Source: Octopus bimaculoides
Lineage: Eukaryota
Assembly: GCF_001194135.2 (NCBI RefSeq)
Contig: NC_068982.1
Location: forward strand, 63,679,000 to 63,742,999
DNA length: 64,000 nucleotides
Direction of reading: 5' to 3'
Both the position numbers and the translations under genes were made by a program. Positions 37,901 to 51,080 of the stretch are shown here, piece by piece. Every line of letters starts with the position of its first letter. Positions within the stretch are counted from its first letter, which is position 1. A model generated the notes under the pieces. That model worked only from the letters and a program-made list of their open reading frames with translations, searched no databases and had not been told where the DNA came from.

Positions 37901-38639
37901 AAAAACTAAGCAAGAACATGCATGACATAGTTTCCTCGATGAAACATTCTAGATTTTAAGAGAAATGTAAATATGGCTAAGAGTAAATCGAAGAAACGAA
38001 ACCTATTTCTATACCAATATATTAACAGACATAGCTAAGCACTTTCAATATAGGTAAATCTCGAAAGAGAACACTCGAGGGATTATAGAAGTTGTAGAAT
38101 AGTACAAAGAGTTCAGAATTGCAGTAGGTCAAGGAGAAAATCAATAAATTAATAATTCCAAAAGTGAAACGTAATAGAATTTAAAGAAATAAACAGTAAA
38201 TTGAAAGTTAAGAGGTAGGTCGCCATTTTGAATGGTCAGGTGACTTCACAACCAAACAAAACAATGACATATATTATGGGAAGTATTATGAGTAGCTATG
38301 GAACAATATTCGTACAATTGGTGTGTGTGTCTGTGTGTCTGTGTATATGTATGTTTGTATATATGTATGTGTATATACATATATATATGTGTGTGTGTGT
38401 GTGTTTGCATGTATTTTGGGTGCGGTGTGTGTTTCAAGTGAGGGTGGATGAGTATATACATATAGGCACATGTGCGTGGGTGTGCGGGCGCGCATGTGTA
38501 TGTATGGAAATGCGCGCTTACGCGATTGCTATGAACATTTTTATTCCCTTACCTTTACTCCCTCCCCTTACTTAGCGGTCATTCTAATAGCTCTTTTGTC
38601 TTAATAACGGTATATAACAATTAAATCCGTGAGTGAACA

Positions 38640-39055
38640 ATGTCCCAGTGAAAACATCAAAAAAATATAAACACAATTGACCTGATATAATGATTTGGGA
38701 TAGAGAAGAGAAACTGTATACAGTTGTGGAAATCAGCTGCCCAGTGGATGTTGTCATAAAGCTGAAGATCAGTGAAAAAGAGAATACCTATACTGGACTA
38801 TTGAGAAATTTTCAGTTACTTCATCCAGTTTCCAAGTCCAGGTGTATACCTGAAATTATTAAGGGACTGGGATATGTAACACACTGACTCAATACCAATC
38901 TTGAGAAATTGGGCTTCTCAAAACTAGACAGAGAAAGCTAATTCGAAGGCTACAAATCCAAACCATCAGTAGAACTATAAAAATCTGTAAAACATTCCAG
39001 AAGTTTATCATTTAAGTATATGAGTATGTCAAGATATGCAACTACATGCATGAAA
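38640..39055 (+). mobile_element. RLE-type LINE 3' end (related to 26650-27188)
   Basis: PDIMIWDREEKLYTVVEISCP...EKENTYTGLLRNFQLLHP; followed by (TACA)n. Confidence 0.75.
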
Positions 39056-39298
39056 ATACATACATAAAACAAAACATACAATCCTGCACCTACACATACA
39101 TACCTACATACATACATACATACATACATACATACATACATACATACATACATACATACATGCATGCAAAAATACCCTGTTGCTGATGTTGAAATTTCAA
39201 TGCAGAAGCTTTGGATCTAGATTAGAAACGGACTTTTTCACTATTGGCAAGAAATCTTGATATAAAACTGAATAATAGCATACTTACATACAAACACG

Positions 39299-39710
39299 TA
39301 GGCGCAGGAGTGGCTCTGTGGTAAGTAGCTTGCTTACCAACCATATGGTTCCGAGTTCAGTCCCACTGCGTGGCACCTTGGGCAAGTGTCTTCTACTATA
39401 GCCTCGGGCCGACCAAAGCCTTGTGAGTGGATTTGGTAGACGGAAACTGAAAGAAGCCTGTCGTATATATGTATATATATATATATGTGTGTTTGTGTGT
39501 CTGTGTTTGTCACCCCACCATCGCTTGACAACCGATGGTGGTGTGTTTACGTCCCTGTAACTTAGCGGTTCGGCAAAAAGAGACCGATAGAATAAGTACT
39601 AGGCTTACAAAGAATAAGTCCTGGGGTCGATTAGCTCGACTAAAGGCGGTGTTCCAGCATGTCCGCAGTTAAATGACTGAAACAAGTAAAAGAGTAAAAG
39701 AGTAAAGAGT
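39299..39710 (+). mobile_element. Full-length tRNA-derived SINE (my family B) with 7-bp TSD
   Basis: A-box TGGCTCTGTGG, B-box GAGTTCAGTCCC, central accttgggcaagtg (CORE-like), (agtaaaag)n tail; TSD aaacacg at 39292-98 and 39711-17. Confidence 0.9.
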
Positions 39711-39725
39711 AAACACGCTTGTGTA

Positions 39726-40603
39726 CTAGGTTTGATCAATAAGTATCCGGACTGTTGACATAGTAACAAAGCTAAAGCACGCGGGGTAAAGCTGTTTCGT
39801 ACAGATAGACCTTAATCTTTGTTGTGCATGCGTACTAAGTTTTAATGCTCTAGCTTACTTCTGCTGTAAACAGCAGTGCTTGGAAGGAAGGTGTGTAGCG
39901 CGTGATCGTCACAATGACCATGACAGGAAGTTGTCAAGGTAATACCTGCTCAGAGGCCCACGCAAAGCTGCAGAAAGTGTATGGAGAGGAGTGTATGAGC
40001 TGCACACAAGTGTACGTGTGGTTCAGACGTTTCCAAGATGGCGAGAAAATGTCGATATTGACGAACGTTCTGGGAGACCCGCAACCAGAAGAACTGAGAA
40101 AATTATTGCAGATGTGCGTGCAGCTGTGACAGGAAATCGTCAAATTACCATCTATGAGGTATCAGATTGGTTACTGTTCAGTTCAGTCCATTATCACTGA
40201 AAATTTGGGTATGAGACGCGTGTCTGCCACGTTTATTCCAAAACTGCTTTCAGCTGACTAAAAAGACACTCAGGTTTCAGTTGCACAAGATCTCCTTGAT
40301 TGTGTCGAGAACGATAAAAACTTTTTGAAAATTTTGCATAGCCCTTTGAGCAGGTATGGCCAAGCTTTTGGCAAATTTTGATGTAGATTCTCTGCTCAAT
40401 TTTATGTCATGGTCGATGCGACGATCACACGCTATACACCTTCCTTCCAAGCACTGCTTTAAACAGTGGAAATGAGCTAGAATGATAAGACTTAGTGCGC
40501 ATGCACAGCAGAGTTCAAGGTCAATCTGTGCCACACGGCTTTACTCTCCGTGCTTTAGCTTTGTTACTATAGCAGCAGTCCGGATTCTTATTGATCAGAC
40601 AAC

Positions 40604-40604
<1 letters not shown>
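39726..40604 (+). mobile_element. Internally deleted mariner with ~200-bp terminal inverted repeats, TA-flanked
   Basis: Left 39726-~39925 matches the reverse complement of ~40400-40604; transposase remnants KVYGEECMS...VYVWFRRF, DERSGRP, RRVSATFIPKLL. Confidence 0.88.
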
Positions 40605-40641
<37 letters not shown>

Positions 40642-41363
40642 NNNNNNNNNNNNNNNNNNNNNNNNNNNNNNNNNNNNNNNNNNNNNNNNNNNNNNNNNNN
40701 NNNNNNNNNNNNNNNNNNNNNNNNNNNNNNNNNNNNNNNNNNNNNNNNNNNNNNNNNNNNNNNNNNNNNNNNNNNNNNNNNNNNNNNNNNNNNNNNNNNN
40801 NNNNNNNNNNNNNNNNNNNNNNNNNNNNNNNNNNNNNNNNNNNNNNNNNNNNNNNNNNNNNNNNNNNNNNNNNNNNNNNNNNNNNNNNNNNNNNNNNNNN
40901 NNNNNNNNNNNNNNNNNNNNNNNNNNNNNNNNNNNNNNNNNNNNNNNNNNNNNNNNNNNNNNNNNNNNNNNNNNNNNNNNNNNNNNNNNNNNNNNNNNNN
41001 NNNNNNNNNNNNNNNNNNNNNNNNNNNNNNNNNNNNNNNNNNNNNNNNNNNNNNNNNNNNNNNNNNNNNNNNNNNNNNNNNNNNNNNNNNNNNNNNNNNN
41101 NNNNNNNNNNNNNNNNNNNNNNNNNNNNNNNNNNNNNNNNNNNNNNNNNNNNNNNNNNNNNNNNNNNNNNNNNNNNNNNNNNNNNNNNNNNNNNNNNNNN
41201 NNNNNNNNNNNNNNNNNNNNNNNNNNNNNNNNNNNNNNNNNNNNNNNNNNNNNNNNNNNNNNNNNNNNNNNNNNNNNNNNNNNNNNNNNNNNNNNNNNNN
41301 NNNNNNNNNNNNNNNNNNNNNNNNNNNNNNNNNNNNNNNNNNNNNNNNNNNNNNNNNNNNNNN

Positions 41364-41407
<44 letters not shown>

Positions 41408-41469
41408 GTATCATCATATCTTTTTTAATAAGTTAAGCTTTACTTATCCAGGATTCACTGGTTCGGTAG

Positions 41470-41752
41470 CTCTGTTGGTTCAGGAAGGTGATTTGACTGA
41501 AGCAGGATCTACGTTTCGGCAGCAGTAACACAACCAACGCCTCATACGCTTTATTTTTGTTGGTGGGTGTTGCATTATGGCTACAGATAATACCTTTTCA
41601 TTGATACATATACACTTTGTAAATGCCAAGCAAGTTATACAAGTTGTGGTTGCTAGATTCAGAATATGTTCGTTTATCACCTCAGTTCTACACATCACAG
41701 ATGCCGACCCAAATATCTCGTAAAATATATCACATTCTCTAGGTGTAGACAA
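41470..41752 (-). mobile_element. Possible Penelope-like remnant with degenerate hammerhead, next to (TA)n
   Basis: Minus strand YEIFGSAS...EHIL...KCICINEKV loosely resembles a GIY-YIG C-terminus; then CGUAUGA-GGC...GCC-GAAA-CGU. Confidence 0.3.
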
Positions 41753-43699
41753 CCAAAATATTGTTTTAATTCAAATAACATATAGAAACATAAATATATT
41801 TTAAATGTGGATTTATAGTCAAAATTAATTGGTTAATAATGTATTACTTTGTTGTATAATTCTTACATAGTGTTTTAGCAGTACTTATAGGAGCATTCTT
41901 CTACTTATTTTATTAATCTACTAATTTTTATCTCGCAGTACAGAAGACTTGTGCTGAAAGAAGTCAAGTATAAGTTATACATATGTACGATGTGTAGATA
42001 TGATATGTGTATTAATCTAACTTTTTTGTTTTACTGGAAAATCTACAACTCAGAGAATTGTCTGTTTCCAAAGCTGCCGGATAAGTGATGTTTCGTTTCT
42101 TCTTTTCCCTTTAGCTGCGTTCAAATCTTCAACAAGAATTGCGTGAAAGACAGAGAAATAGGAAATGTGAGTTAGAAACTGATTTAAAAAATTATTTCAT
42201 ACAAGATAATCTAATGTTATGTTGAGTTTACCAAATAGCTTGTGGCTTTATTAAATTTTATGAACATTAGACAAAAATAGAATGGCTTTCTGATCGATTC
42301 AGTTTCGTACACAAGCAATTTGTAAGTATTCTTGCAATGAATACTAATGATCTGTCTGGGACTATTTGAGAGATGTAAAAAAATGTAAGATCTTACACTA
42401 CTAGTTGTTTGATGATCAATCTGAAAGAAGATACGATTAATTTGTATTATCTTTGATTTACATATATTATGTCTGTCCTTGAGGGCACTATGACTGCCGT
42501 TTCTAGTGTTACTTGTTAACAGAAACATGTCTGGTTGAGACGATGTTACCGCCACCTCTTCCGGAAAGACAAGGCTTCCTTTCAAGTTTACGTGGATCTC
42601 CTAATCAGAGGCGTTGTGCAATTCGAAAACTGAGTCCCCACAGTTGTAATTTGAGCTAGATACCTTATCATTTTCGCTTAGGAATTTGACATTTTGAGTA
42701 GTGATGTTTATAGTTTATTGACTTTAACTTTTTGCAAGTCGCTTCCACGTGTATCGTCCTTCTCGCAATACCTTAGGATACACGGTTAAAATAAGTTTCA
42801 AGTTGTTTAACATTACGGCAAATCACAATTAGGCACAGTCCGATGAGAATTTGAGTATCAACCTTAGCGACATCTAGTAAGGTGGTGCACCCAGGAAGTT
42901 CAAATCTATTATGAAAGTTTACCAGGCATTCTAAAATGTCATTTATGGGGGGGGGGAGTAAAAGCTGGGAATTCCCGTAGTCGAAATAGCAGGCAGTGCC
43001 AAATCATAGAGCTGAAGAAAGACCAAAAGCTAATGAAAAAGTGTGTAAAACGTTAATGACGAAGAAAAAGTAATCTTAAGCCACCTGACACAGTGTTAAG
43101 GTGACCCCAGAAAAGATATTCCACTGAGAAATAAGCCTTGACATCTACCAAAGTTCAAATCATACACTTTTTCAGCCTTGGACCATCTGCCACATTTAGA
43201 AGATCTACAAACTCTACCGACTGCTCCTGATGAGATTCTGGAAACTTTTACAAACACTATATCAGAAAACTCAGGAACTCTGGCTCTGGATATTATTCAC
43301 GCGTTCTTTGTCCCAGAGAAATTTAATTCATCGTGATTTCACATTATTCGGGACATCTGCAAAATCGATGTCTCTGCTATCTATACTATAATGGAGAAAG
43401 CTGCTTATTAATTAGGTATGTAACAATTACTAAAAGTACTAAAAGAAAGCAATATTAAAAGCTTGACCGTCTGGAAAAAACTTTTATAAATTTATGTTCT
43501 TAGAAATTTCCTATAATTTCGATTTCTGAAGTTTATTGAATTTTTTTAACTCCAAATTCTCGCAAATTTAAATATTCATTGCATTCATTGCGTCCGATTC
43601 TTCATAAATTTAAATACTCATTGCACTCACTATGGAGTAAATTTTGATGTTTAATAATAAACACTATTAATTCGTTGCAGGCAACATTTTACGTTTTTA

Positions 43700-45540
43700 T
43701 TTGCAACAGTCGCTCATTCTCGCTCGCCTCTATTTTTTATTAATGATATTCTAATAATACCTATATAACTTTGATACGAGACACAATTTCAAGAATATTA
43801 TCAATTTCCGGAGTTTATTAAATGAATATTTTTGATAAAATTAAATTTTTTTAATATACCGGCATAATTTGTAAGTGGTTTTGAGTTGAATTAATGCATG
43901 TTATTAGGAAAAAATAGCTGTATAACTTTGATACGAGGCACAGTTTCAAAAATATTATCAGTTTCCGAAGTTCCTTAAATAAATAGTTTTGATAAAAATG
44001 AATTTTTTTTTAATATACCGCTATAATTTTTTGCTTTTTAAATGAAGAAGTGATTTTGTTGGTATGGCTACTTTGGAACGCTATAAGCCTTACAATAATA
44101 ACTATGTGATCGCAGCTATTTCTAGCACGTTAAACAAGATAGTTTTTAACGAGCTTTCACTTATACGATTTTTTCTTTCATGCTTACACAAAATAGCTGT
44201 ATAACTTTGATACGAGGCACAATTTCAAGAATATTATCAGTTTCCGAAGTTTTTCAAATGAATATTTTTGATAAAATGATTTTTTTTTAATATACCTATN
44301 NNNNNNNNNATATCTTTTTTTAATGAAGAAGTGATTTTGTGGTATGGCTACTTGGAACGTTCTAAGCCTTACAATAATAACTATGTGATCGCTGCTATTT
44401 CTAGCACGCTAAACAAGATACTTTTTAACGAGCTTTCATTTATATATAATATGCGACTGAAAAAGAAAATTTAGCAGCAAAGGCACAACGGCGGAGAGAA
44501 AGACGGGCAACTGAATCGGATGAAACCAGGGCAAAGCGACTAAAACAGATATCTGAATATGCACGGCGATGTGGACATGATTCTGTTTCCGCTACACATG
44601 ACCGACTGGTTAGGGTATCTCGAGAGGAGAATATTCTACTTCAAAATAATGGTGTCAGATTACAAATTGAGATCTTTTCTTTACGATGATGTGAAAGTAG
44701 TAGAGCTGACAACCAATCTAAGACTTCTTACAGAAGGTCATTCTGATGAAAGAGAGTTTGCTAATTACCTTCTTGATGTAGGAAATAGTAACATTTCTGT
44801 TGAACAAAGCCTAGGCTAATTCAAAATCAAACTACCCAATGACATTTGCCTTGAAAGTAGTACTCTTCAGATCTATGTGGTTTTGTATATGCTGACTTCA
44901 AAACTGTATATGCTGACTTCACAAACCCTGTGTGGCTTGCAAATACAACCATTATTACCCCAACAAATGAAGCAGCACAATCTGTGAATAATTTTCTGTT
45001 GACCAAGATCCCTAGTAAACTAAAACTATACAGGATCTCAGATACAGTTGATAATGAAACTTTGTACCCAATTGTGTTCATCAACAAACTTACACCATCA
45101 AGTTTTCCACCAAACATTCTCAAACTGAAGAAAAAATGATGCATAATGCTTCTAAAAAATTTAGATGTTACTAATGGCACACGCTACATCATTGTCAGTT
45201 TACATGATCATGCTATTGAGGCTGAGGCTACTTCTGGTCCTTATTCAGGATCAACTCAGCTAATCCCAAGAAATGGAATTGCCATTCATATTTACACGCA
45301 AACTATTTCCTGTCAAGCCAACTTTTGCCTTGACGTGCGACAAGGCACAGGGACAGACTTTTGAACAAATTGGAATATACTTTCCGACACAATTCTTCTC
45401 ACATGGTCAGCTGTATGTTGCATTATCTAGAGTTCGAAAGAAGACTAGTGTGAAAAATATTGGCTGAGAGAAATGGAAACAGTATGATTACTGATAATTG
45501 TGTCTACAAGGAGATACTACATTAAAGCAAAATATGCGTC
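43700..45540 (+). mobile_element. Degenerate Helitron (Pif1-like helicase fragments) with upstream tandem repeats
   Basis: FANYLLDVGN, IITPTNEAAQSVNNFLL, MLLKNLDVTNGTRYII, TCDKAQGQTFEQIGIY, FSHGQLYVALSRV; tataactttgatacgag at 43764, 43921 and 44200. Confidence 0.85.
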
Positions 45541-45771
45541 TTAGAAAGTTTCAGTAAATAGAATTAACACATAAATTATATGTAAAGTAACAAATATTTG
45601 TGTAGAATTAAATTGTCTTGTCATATTTCAACACATGCCGAATGAATGATATCGTTATATTAGATCATTTTAAACTTGGGTAAATTTGAAAAACGCCATT
45701 CCCATGTGTTCTCACAGCACCAGACATTTGTGTGTCGCGGGGTGTATCCATCCATCCATCCATCTAATTAG

Positions 45772-45833
<62 letters not shown>

Positions 45834-46150
45834 GTCTGTCTGTCTATGCACACCTATGTAAGTTCTACCAATTATTAATGATAAGTATATGTAACAGATT
45901 GACTCTTTCAAAAAGAAAAATTATGACTGTGATAAAACAATGAAAGCCATATTTACTAAAGCAATTGAAGACTATAATTACACGTAAAATATCATAAGAA
46001 TTATTAGAATTGGGAATCAAATGTGAAAATATTATCGACATCTAAAATGTCAAATAATTCAATAAAATGATCGGCATTTTCAGAATTATGAGAGAAAACG
46101 GGGAAAGGTATGTATTAATCTTAACGGGAAAGTGCATGAGAGGGGAAAAG

Positions 46151-46231
<81 letters not shown>

Positions 46232-46319
46232 TTTACTGGGAACTAGAAAGAGAAACGCGAAGATAGAAAGATATAGGGAGGATCGAGGAAGACATCAGAT
46301 GAATATATTCATGTATCTT

Positions 46320-46830
46320 TTACCTTTTCTTTGTTTCAGTCATTTGATTGCGGCCATGCTAGAGCACCGCCTTGAAGGATTTTTAATCGAAGAAATCGAC
46401 ACCAAGACTTATATTTTTAAGTTACGGGAACGTAAACACGCCAACACCGGTTGCCAAGCGGTTGGGGGGACAAATTAGACACAAGCACACACACCCACTC
46501 TTTCACACGCACACACACATATATATGTATATATACATGACAGGCTTCTTGCAGTTTCCATCTATCAAATCCACTCAGAAGGCTTTTGTTCGCCCAAGGC
46601 TATTTTACAAGACACCTGCCCATAGTGTCACGCAGTGCGACTGAATCTCTTACCACACAGCCACGCCTGTATGGTAATTTTTTAAATTTTTCATCTTTTA
46701 CTTCTTTCAGTCAATAGATTGCGGCCATGCTGTGGCGTCGCCTTGGAGAGTTTTAGTCGAACGAACCGACACCAGTAGATTTTTTTTTAAGCCTGATATT
46801 TACTCTATCAGAATCTTTTACCGAACCGCT
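46320..46830 (-). mobile_element. SINE family B copy (46320-46672) plus a second 3' fragment
   Basis: Reverse-complement matches to 39299-39710. Confidence 0.8.
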
Positions 46831-46982
46831 ATGTATACATGTAAATTTGTGGTGGACAAACACTGATGCAAAGATACACACACACGCACANNNNNNNNNN
46901 NNNNNNNNNNNNNNNNNNNNNNNNNNNNNNNNNNNNNNNNNNNNNNNNNNNNNNNNNNNNNNNNNNNNNNNNNNNNNNNNNN

Positions 46983-47017
<35 letters not shown>

Positions 47018-47344
47018 GCATACATGTAAGTATATAAAACGAACAGATATTTGAGTTACATCACAGAATTTGTTAAATACCGACATTGATTTCTCTTAAA
47101 AAGGAACATTGTAAAAGGTACGACTCAAAGCAATAGTCTGTATTTATCCAGACTACTTCAACCTTAGCTTCGACTGATGTTTAAAGTTTTAATACATGTC
47201 CTTCTGTACATTATTAAAACTTGTCAAATAGAAATGAAATAACTTGAAGGATATAGCGTTTAAGTCTACTTTCTTGCTCACCCGTTACACAAGCGCAAAC
47301 ATACAAATATCACATATATATATTATACCTACACACATATACGT

Positions 47345-47697
47345 GGAGGTGCAATAGCCCAGTGGTGAGGGCAGCGGACTCACCATCGTAGGATTGTTGT
47401 GAGAGTTTATTGAGTGAAAACACCAAAAGTTCCACGAGGCTCTAGCTGGGCGGGGGGCGAAGCCTGCTGTACTCTTTCACCACAACCTTCTCTCACACTT
47501 TCTTCCTGTTTCTGTTGCACTTGTATTTCAAAGGGCCAGCCTTGTCACACTCTGTCACGCTGGATTTCCCCGAGAACTACATTAAGGGTACAGGTGTTTG
47601 TGGAATGCTCAACCAATTGCGTGTTAATTTCACGAGCAGGCTGTTCTGTTGATCAGGTCAACTGGAATCCTCGTTGTCGTAACCGACGGAGTGCCAC
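47345..47697 (+). mobile_element. SINE family C with deletion of the B-box region
   Basis: ggaggtgcaatagcccagtggtgagggcagcggactc...ggagtgcca. Confidence 0.88.
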
Positions 47698-49496
47698 GAT
47701 ACACACATATATATTCATATATTCATATGTATATTTATATATACACACATNNNNNNNNNNNNNNNNNNNNNNNNNNNNNNNNNNNNNNNNNNNNNNNNNN
47801 NNNNNNNNNNNNNNNNNNNNNNNNNNNNNNNNNNNNNNNNNNNNNNNNNNNNNNNNNNNNNNNNNNNNNNNNNNNNNNNNNNNNNNNNNNNNNNNNNNNN
47901 NNNNNNNNNNNNNNNNNNNNNNNNNNNNNNNNNNNNNNNNNNNNNNNNNNNNNNNNNNNNNNNNNNNNNNNNNNNNNNNNNNNNNNNNNNNNNNNNNNNN
48001 NNNNNNNNNNNNNNNNNNNNNNNNNNNNNNNNNNNNNNNNNNNNNNNNNNNNNNNNNNNNNNNNNNNNNNNNNNNNNNNNNNNNNNNNNNNNNNNNNNNN
48101 NNNNNNNNNNNNNNNNNNNNNNNNNNNNNNNNNNNNNNNNNNNNNNNNNNNNNNNNNNNNNNNNNNNNNNNNNNNNNNNNNNNATATATATATATGATAC
48201 ACACGCATATGTGTGCGCGTGTGTATAAATATATAAATGCACATATATATTTATTTATTTATTTGTGTGCGTGTATGTATGTGTGTGTGTGAGTGTGTGT
48301 GTGTGGGCGCACGCGCGTGTCTGTGTATGTATGGATGGATGGATAGATGGAGGGAAGGAGGGAGGGATATATGTATGTACGTACGTATATACATGCATGG
48401 ATACATTCATGCATGCATACATACATTTATACTTAGATACATACATACATACATACATGCATGCATACATACATGCATAAATACATACATACATACATAC
48501 ATACATACATACATACATCATTTTTTATACATACTTTTCTGAGAAACGGAATCGTGAGTAAAAGTAGTAACTGATAAAGTTTCGACTATTTATGCTTGTA
48601 AGACGATATATTTGTGTTATGTATAATAAATCTGTGTACGTATGACTGGTGTAAGACTGTTTTCAAAGGTATTGGTTTCTAGATAACACTCATTATGTAT
48701 ATTTCTTGTAATAGCTCAAGTGTGTTGAAGATAATGTCCATTAATACTAACTAGGATCTATCTGATAGAAAGAATAAAATATTTTAGAAGACTTTTAAAC
48801 TAAACATTAATCAATTTGATGAACGAGTTTTCTCTGAACTTTTGAAAAGCTATATGTAAAAAGAAGTCACTTCGTATAAAATAAAGGAAAGATATTGTGA
48901 ATTTAAAATGTTCATTCTGTTATTTATATGTTTCCTTGTGACGATAATTTCTTCCAGAAAATAACCGATAATGAATTTCATTCTCTAACGTCAGATAACA
49001 TTAAAAACTGAATGTGCTGAATGAAGTAATATTGCATATTACCACCATGCCTCTTAACACAGTTGCATTAGATTATCGATACAACGTGCCAAAGAATCAC
49101 TTATAGTATATATGGCCAAATAATTTCAAAAGGTCATAAAGACGCTTATTTTATATTTAAATATGTGTGCGTGCGTGTACCTATAAAAATATGTACAGTA
49201 GAAAGTACACAATGTACGGCGAATGTAGAGGAAAAGGGTACATTCGTTAGATAAAACTGACATTCATGTGATGATCAAGGCTTTTAGTAAATACTATTGA
49301 GTATGTCGAGTTAAAATGAAACATGAATAGCAAGAAAAGATACAGCTACAGTCAATAAGTAAATTATTCAATAAGAAATTACTCAGCATACAATTTCGGC
49401 TTAAACAGAACATACTGAAGCAAAAGCGTACATAACGAACAATAAGCAATCCAATCTCTATGCACCGTGAGCAGTTTCCATATATTGGTTTAAAAT

Positions 49497-49616
49497 TTTG
49501 GCACAAGGCCAACAACTTCGGGAAAGAGATAAGTTCGTTACATCGACTCTAGTGATCAACTGGTACTTATTTTATTAACCCCGAGGGAAGGAATGCAAAC
49601 TCGACCTCGGCAGAAT
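49497..49616 (-). mobile_element. SINE family A 3' half
   Basis: ttttggcacaaggcc...aactggtacttatttt...tcgacctcggcagaat. Confidence 0.75.
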
Positions 49617-49731
49617 AACAGTCTCCATATATTCATTGCAAAACTTCTTATCTACACCGTTGAAGACATTTTACAAAATCAATGTACAGTGATTCACATT
49701 GTTGTCAATCTTCATTTCATATATATATATA

Positions 49732-50576
49732 CAGGGTGCGGTGAATAAATTATCGTCTATACTACGCAAAAATGAAAATAACACTGACATCTCCTTTTAA
49801 CAGATATATTTACCAAAATTACATAAAAATATCTTGAAGTACTAGAGTAAATTTATACACTAAAATCACCATTGGCTTCAACCACGGCTTCCAGACGACT
49901 TCAGAATCTCTTGCGACTCTTCTGGGCGGTCTCTTGTCCAAGTTGGTCAATGCTGTCATAATCCTTACATTCAGTTCGTCTTTGGTGCTACAAGAAGTTT
50001 TGTTGGTCTCTCGCTCAACGCACCCCACACATAATGATCAAGCGGGGTGATGTGGTCGCAGAGATTGTCTGACAGCCATGAATGGGTTCTCCTGCTTGCA
50101 TGGCATTGTGCAGAGTCCTGTTGCCAGAAATAGGGTCTTCCAGCAGCTGCCCTGTTGACCCAGTGCAGCACTACTTCCTCCAGGCACTTGATGTAGGCTT
50201 CCGTGTTGAGTTTGAGGCCGTGTGGGAAGATGAATGGATGCATAATGTCGCCATCACTAGTGATCACTCTGAACGCCATGATATTGACTGGGTGTTTGAT
50301 TTTTATCATTCTCGGTACATGTCTTCGGATTGCACTGTTCTCAGATTGACACACAAACACTCTGAAATATTCGTATTGGAGCTTTCGGCTCGAATGCCAA
50401 GCGGTGCAGTATGTCGGTTCTAAATTTCTGGCAGAGTGAATTGCGTCGCGGTGCTATTTTTCTCAGAGTCGGTGCTCAACAGAACTTACAAGACTATGTC
50501 GTCGACAAAATCAAAAACAAAGCGCTTGCGTGAAATTAAAAATATAAAATGGCGATAATTTACCCATCGCACACTG
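49732..50576 (-). mobile_element. Tc1/mariner DD37D (maT)-like deletion derivative, TA-flanked with ~26-bp TIRs
   Basis: TIRs cagggtgcggtgaataaattatcgtc / reverse complement cagtgtgcgatgggtaaattatcgcc; KHPVNIMAF...WQQDSAQCH...LDHYVWG...VERETNK. Confidence 0.85.
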
Positions 50577-50589
50577 TATATTTATATAT

Positions 50590-51080
50590 AGAGAGGGTAA
50601 GAGAAGAGAGAAAAGGAAGAGAGAAGAGAGAGGGGGAGAGAAGAGAGATAGAAGATAGAGGGAGAGAGAGAAGAGAGAAAGGGAGAGAGAGGAGAGAGAG
50701 AGAAAGGGAGAGAGAGAAGAGAGAGAGAAAGGGAGAGAGAGAAGAGAGAGANNNNNNNNNNNNNNNNNNNNNNNNNNNNNNNNNNNNNNNNNNNNNNNNN
50801 NNNNNNNNNNNNNNNNNNNNNNNNNNNNNNNNNNNNNNNNNNNNNNNNNNNNNNNNNNNNNNNNNNNNNNNNNNNNNNNNNNNNNNNNNNNNNNNNNNNN
50901 NNNNNNNNNNNNNNNNNNNNNNNNNNNNNNNNNNNNNNNNNNNNNNNNNNNNNNNNNNNNNNNNNNNNNNNNNNNNNNNNNNNNNNNNNNNNNNGAGAGA
51001 GAGAGAGAAGAGAAAGAGGGAGAGAGAGAGAGAAGAGAAAGAGGGAGAGAGAGAGAGAAGAGAAAGAGGGAGAGAGAGAG
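50590..51080. repeat. GA-rich low-complexity repeat (contains a gap)
   Basis: Purine-only GA/GAA/GGA runs. Confidence 0.9.

Noticed and set aside
39299-39375. tRNA-like sequences at SINE heads
   Set aside because: They have A/B boxes but continue into SINE bodies with TSDs; not tRNA genes.
43226-43255. CTGATGA...GAAA (similar strings at ~52847 and ~19215)
   Set aside because: No valid helix II closing pair, helix III or helix I; chance matches.
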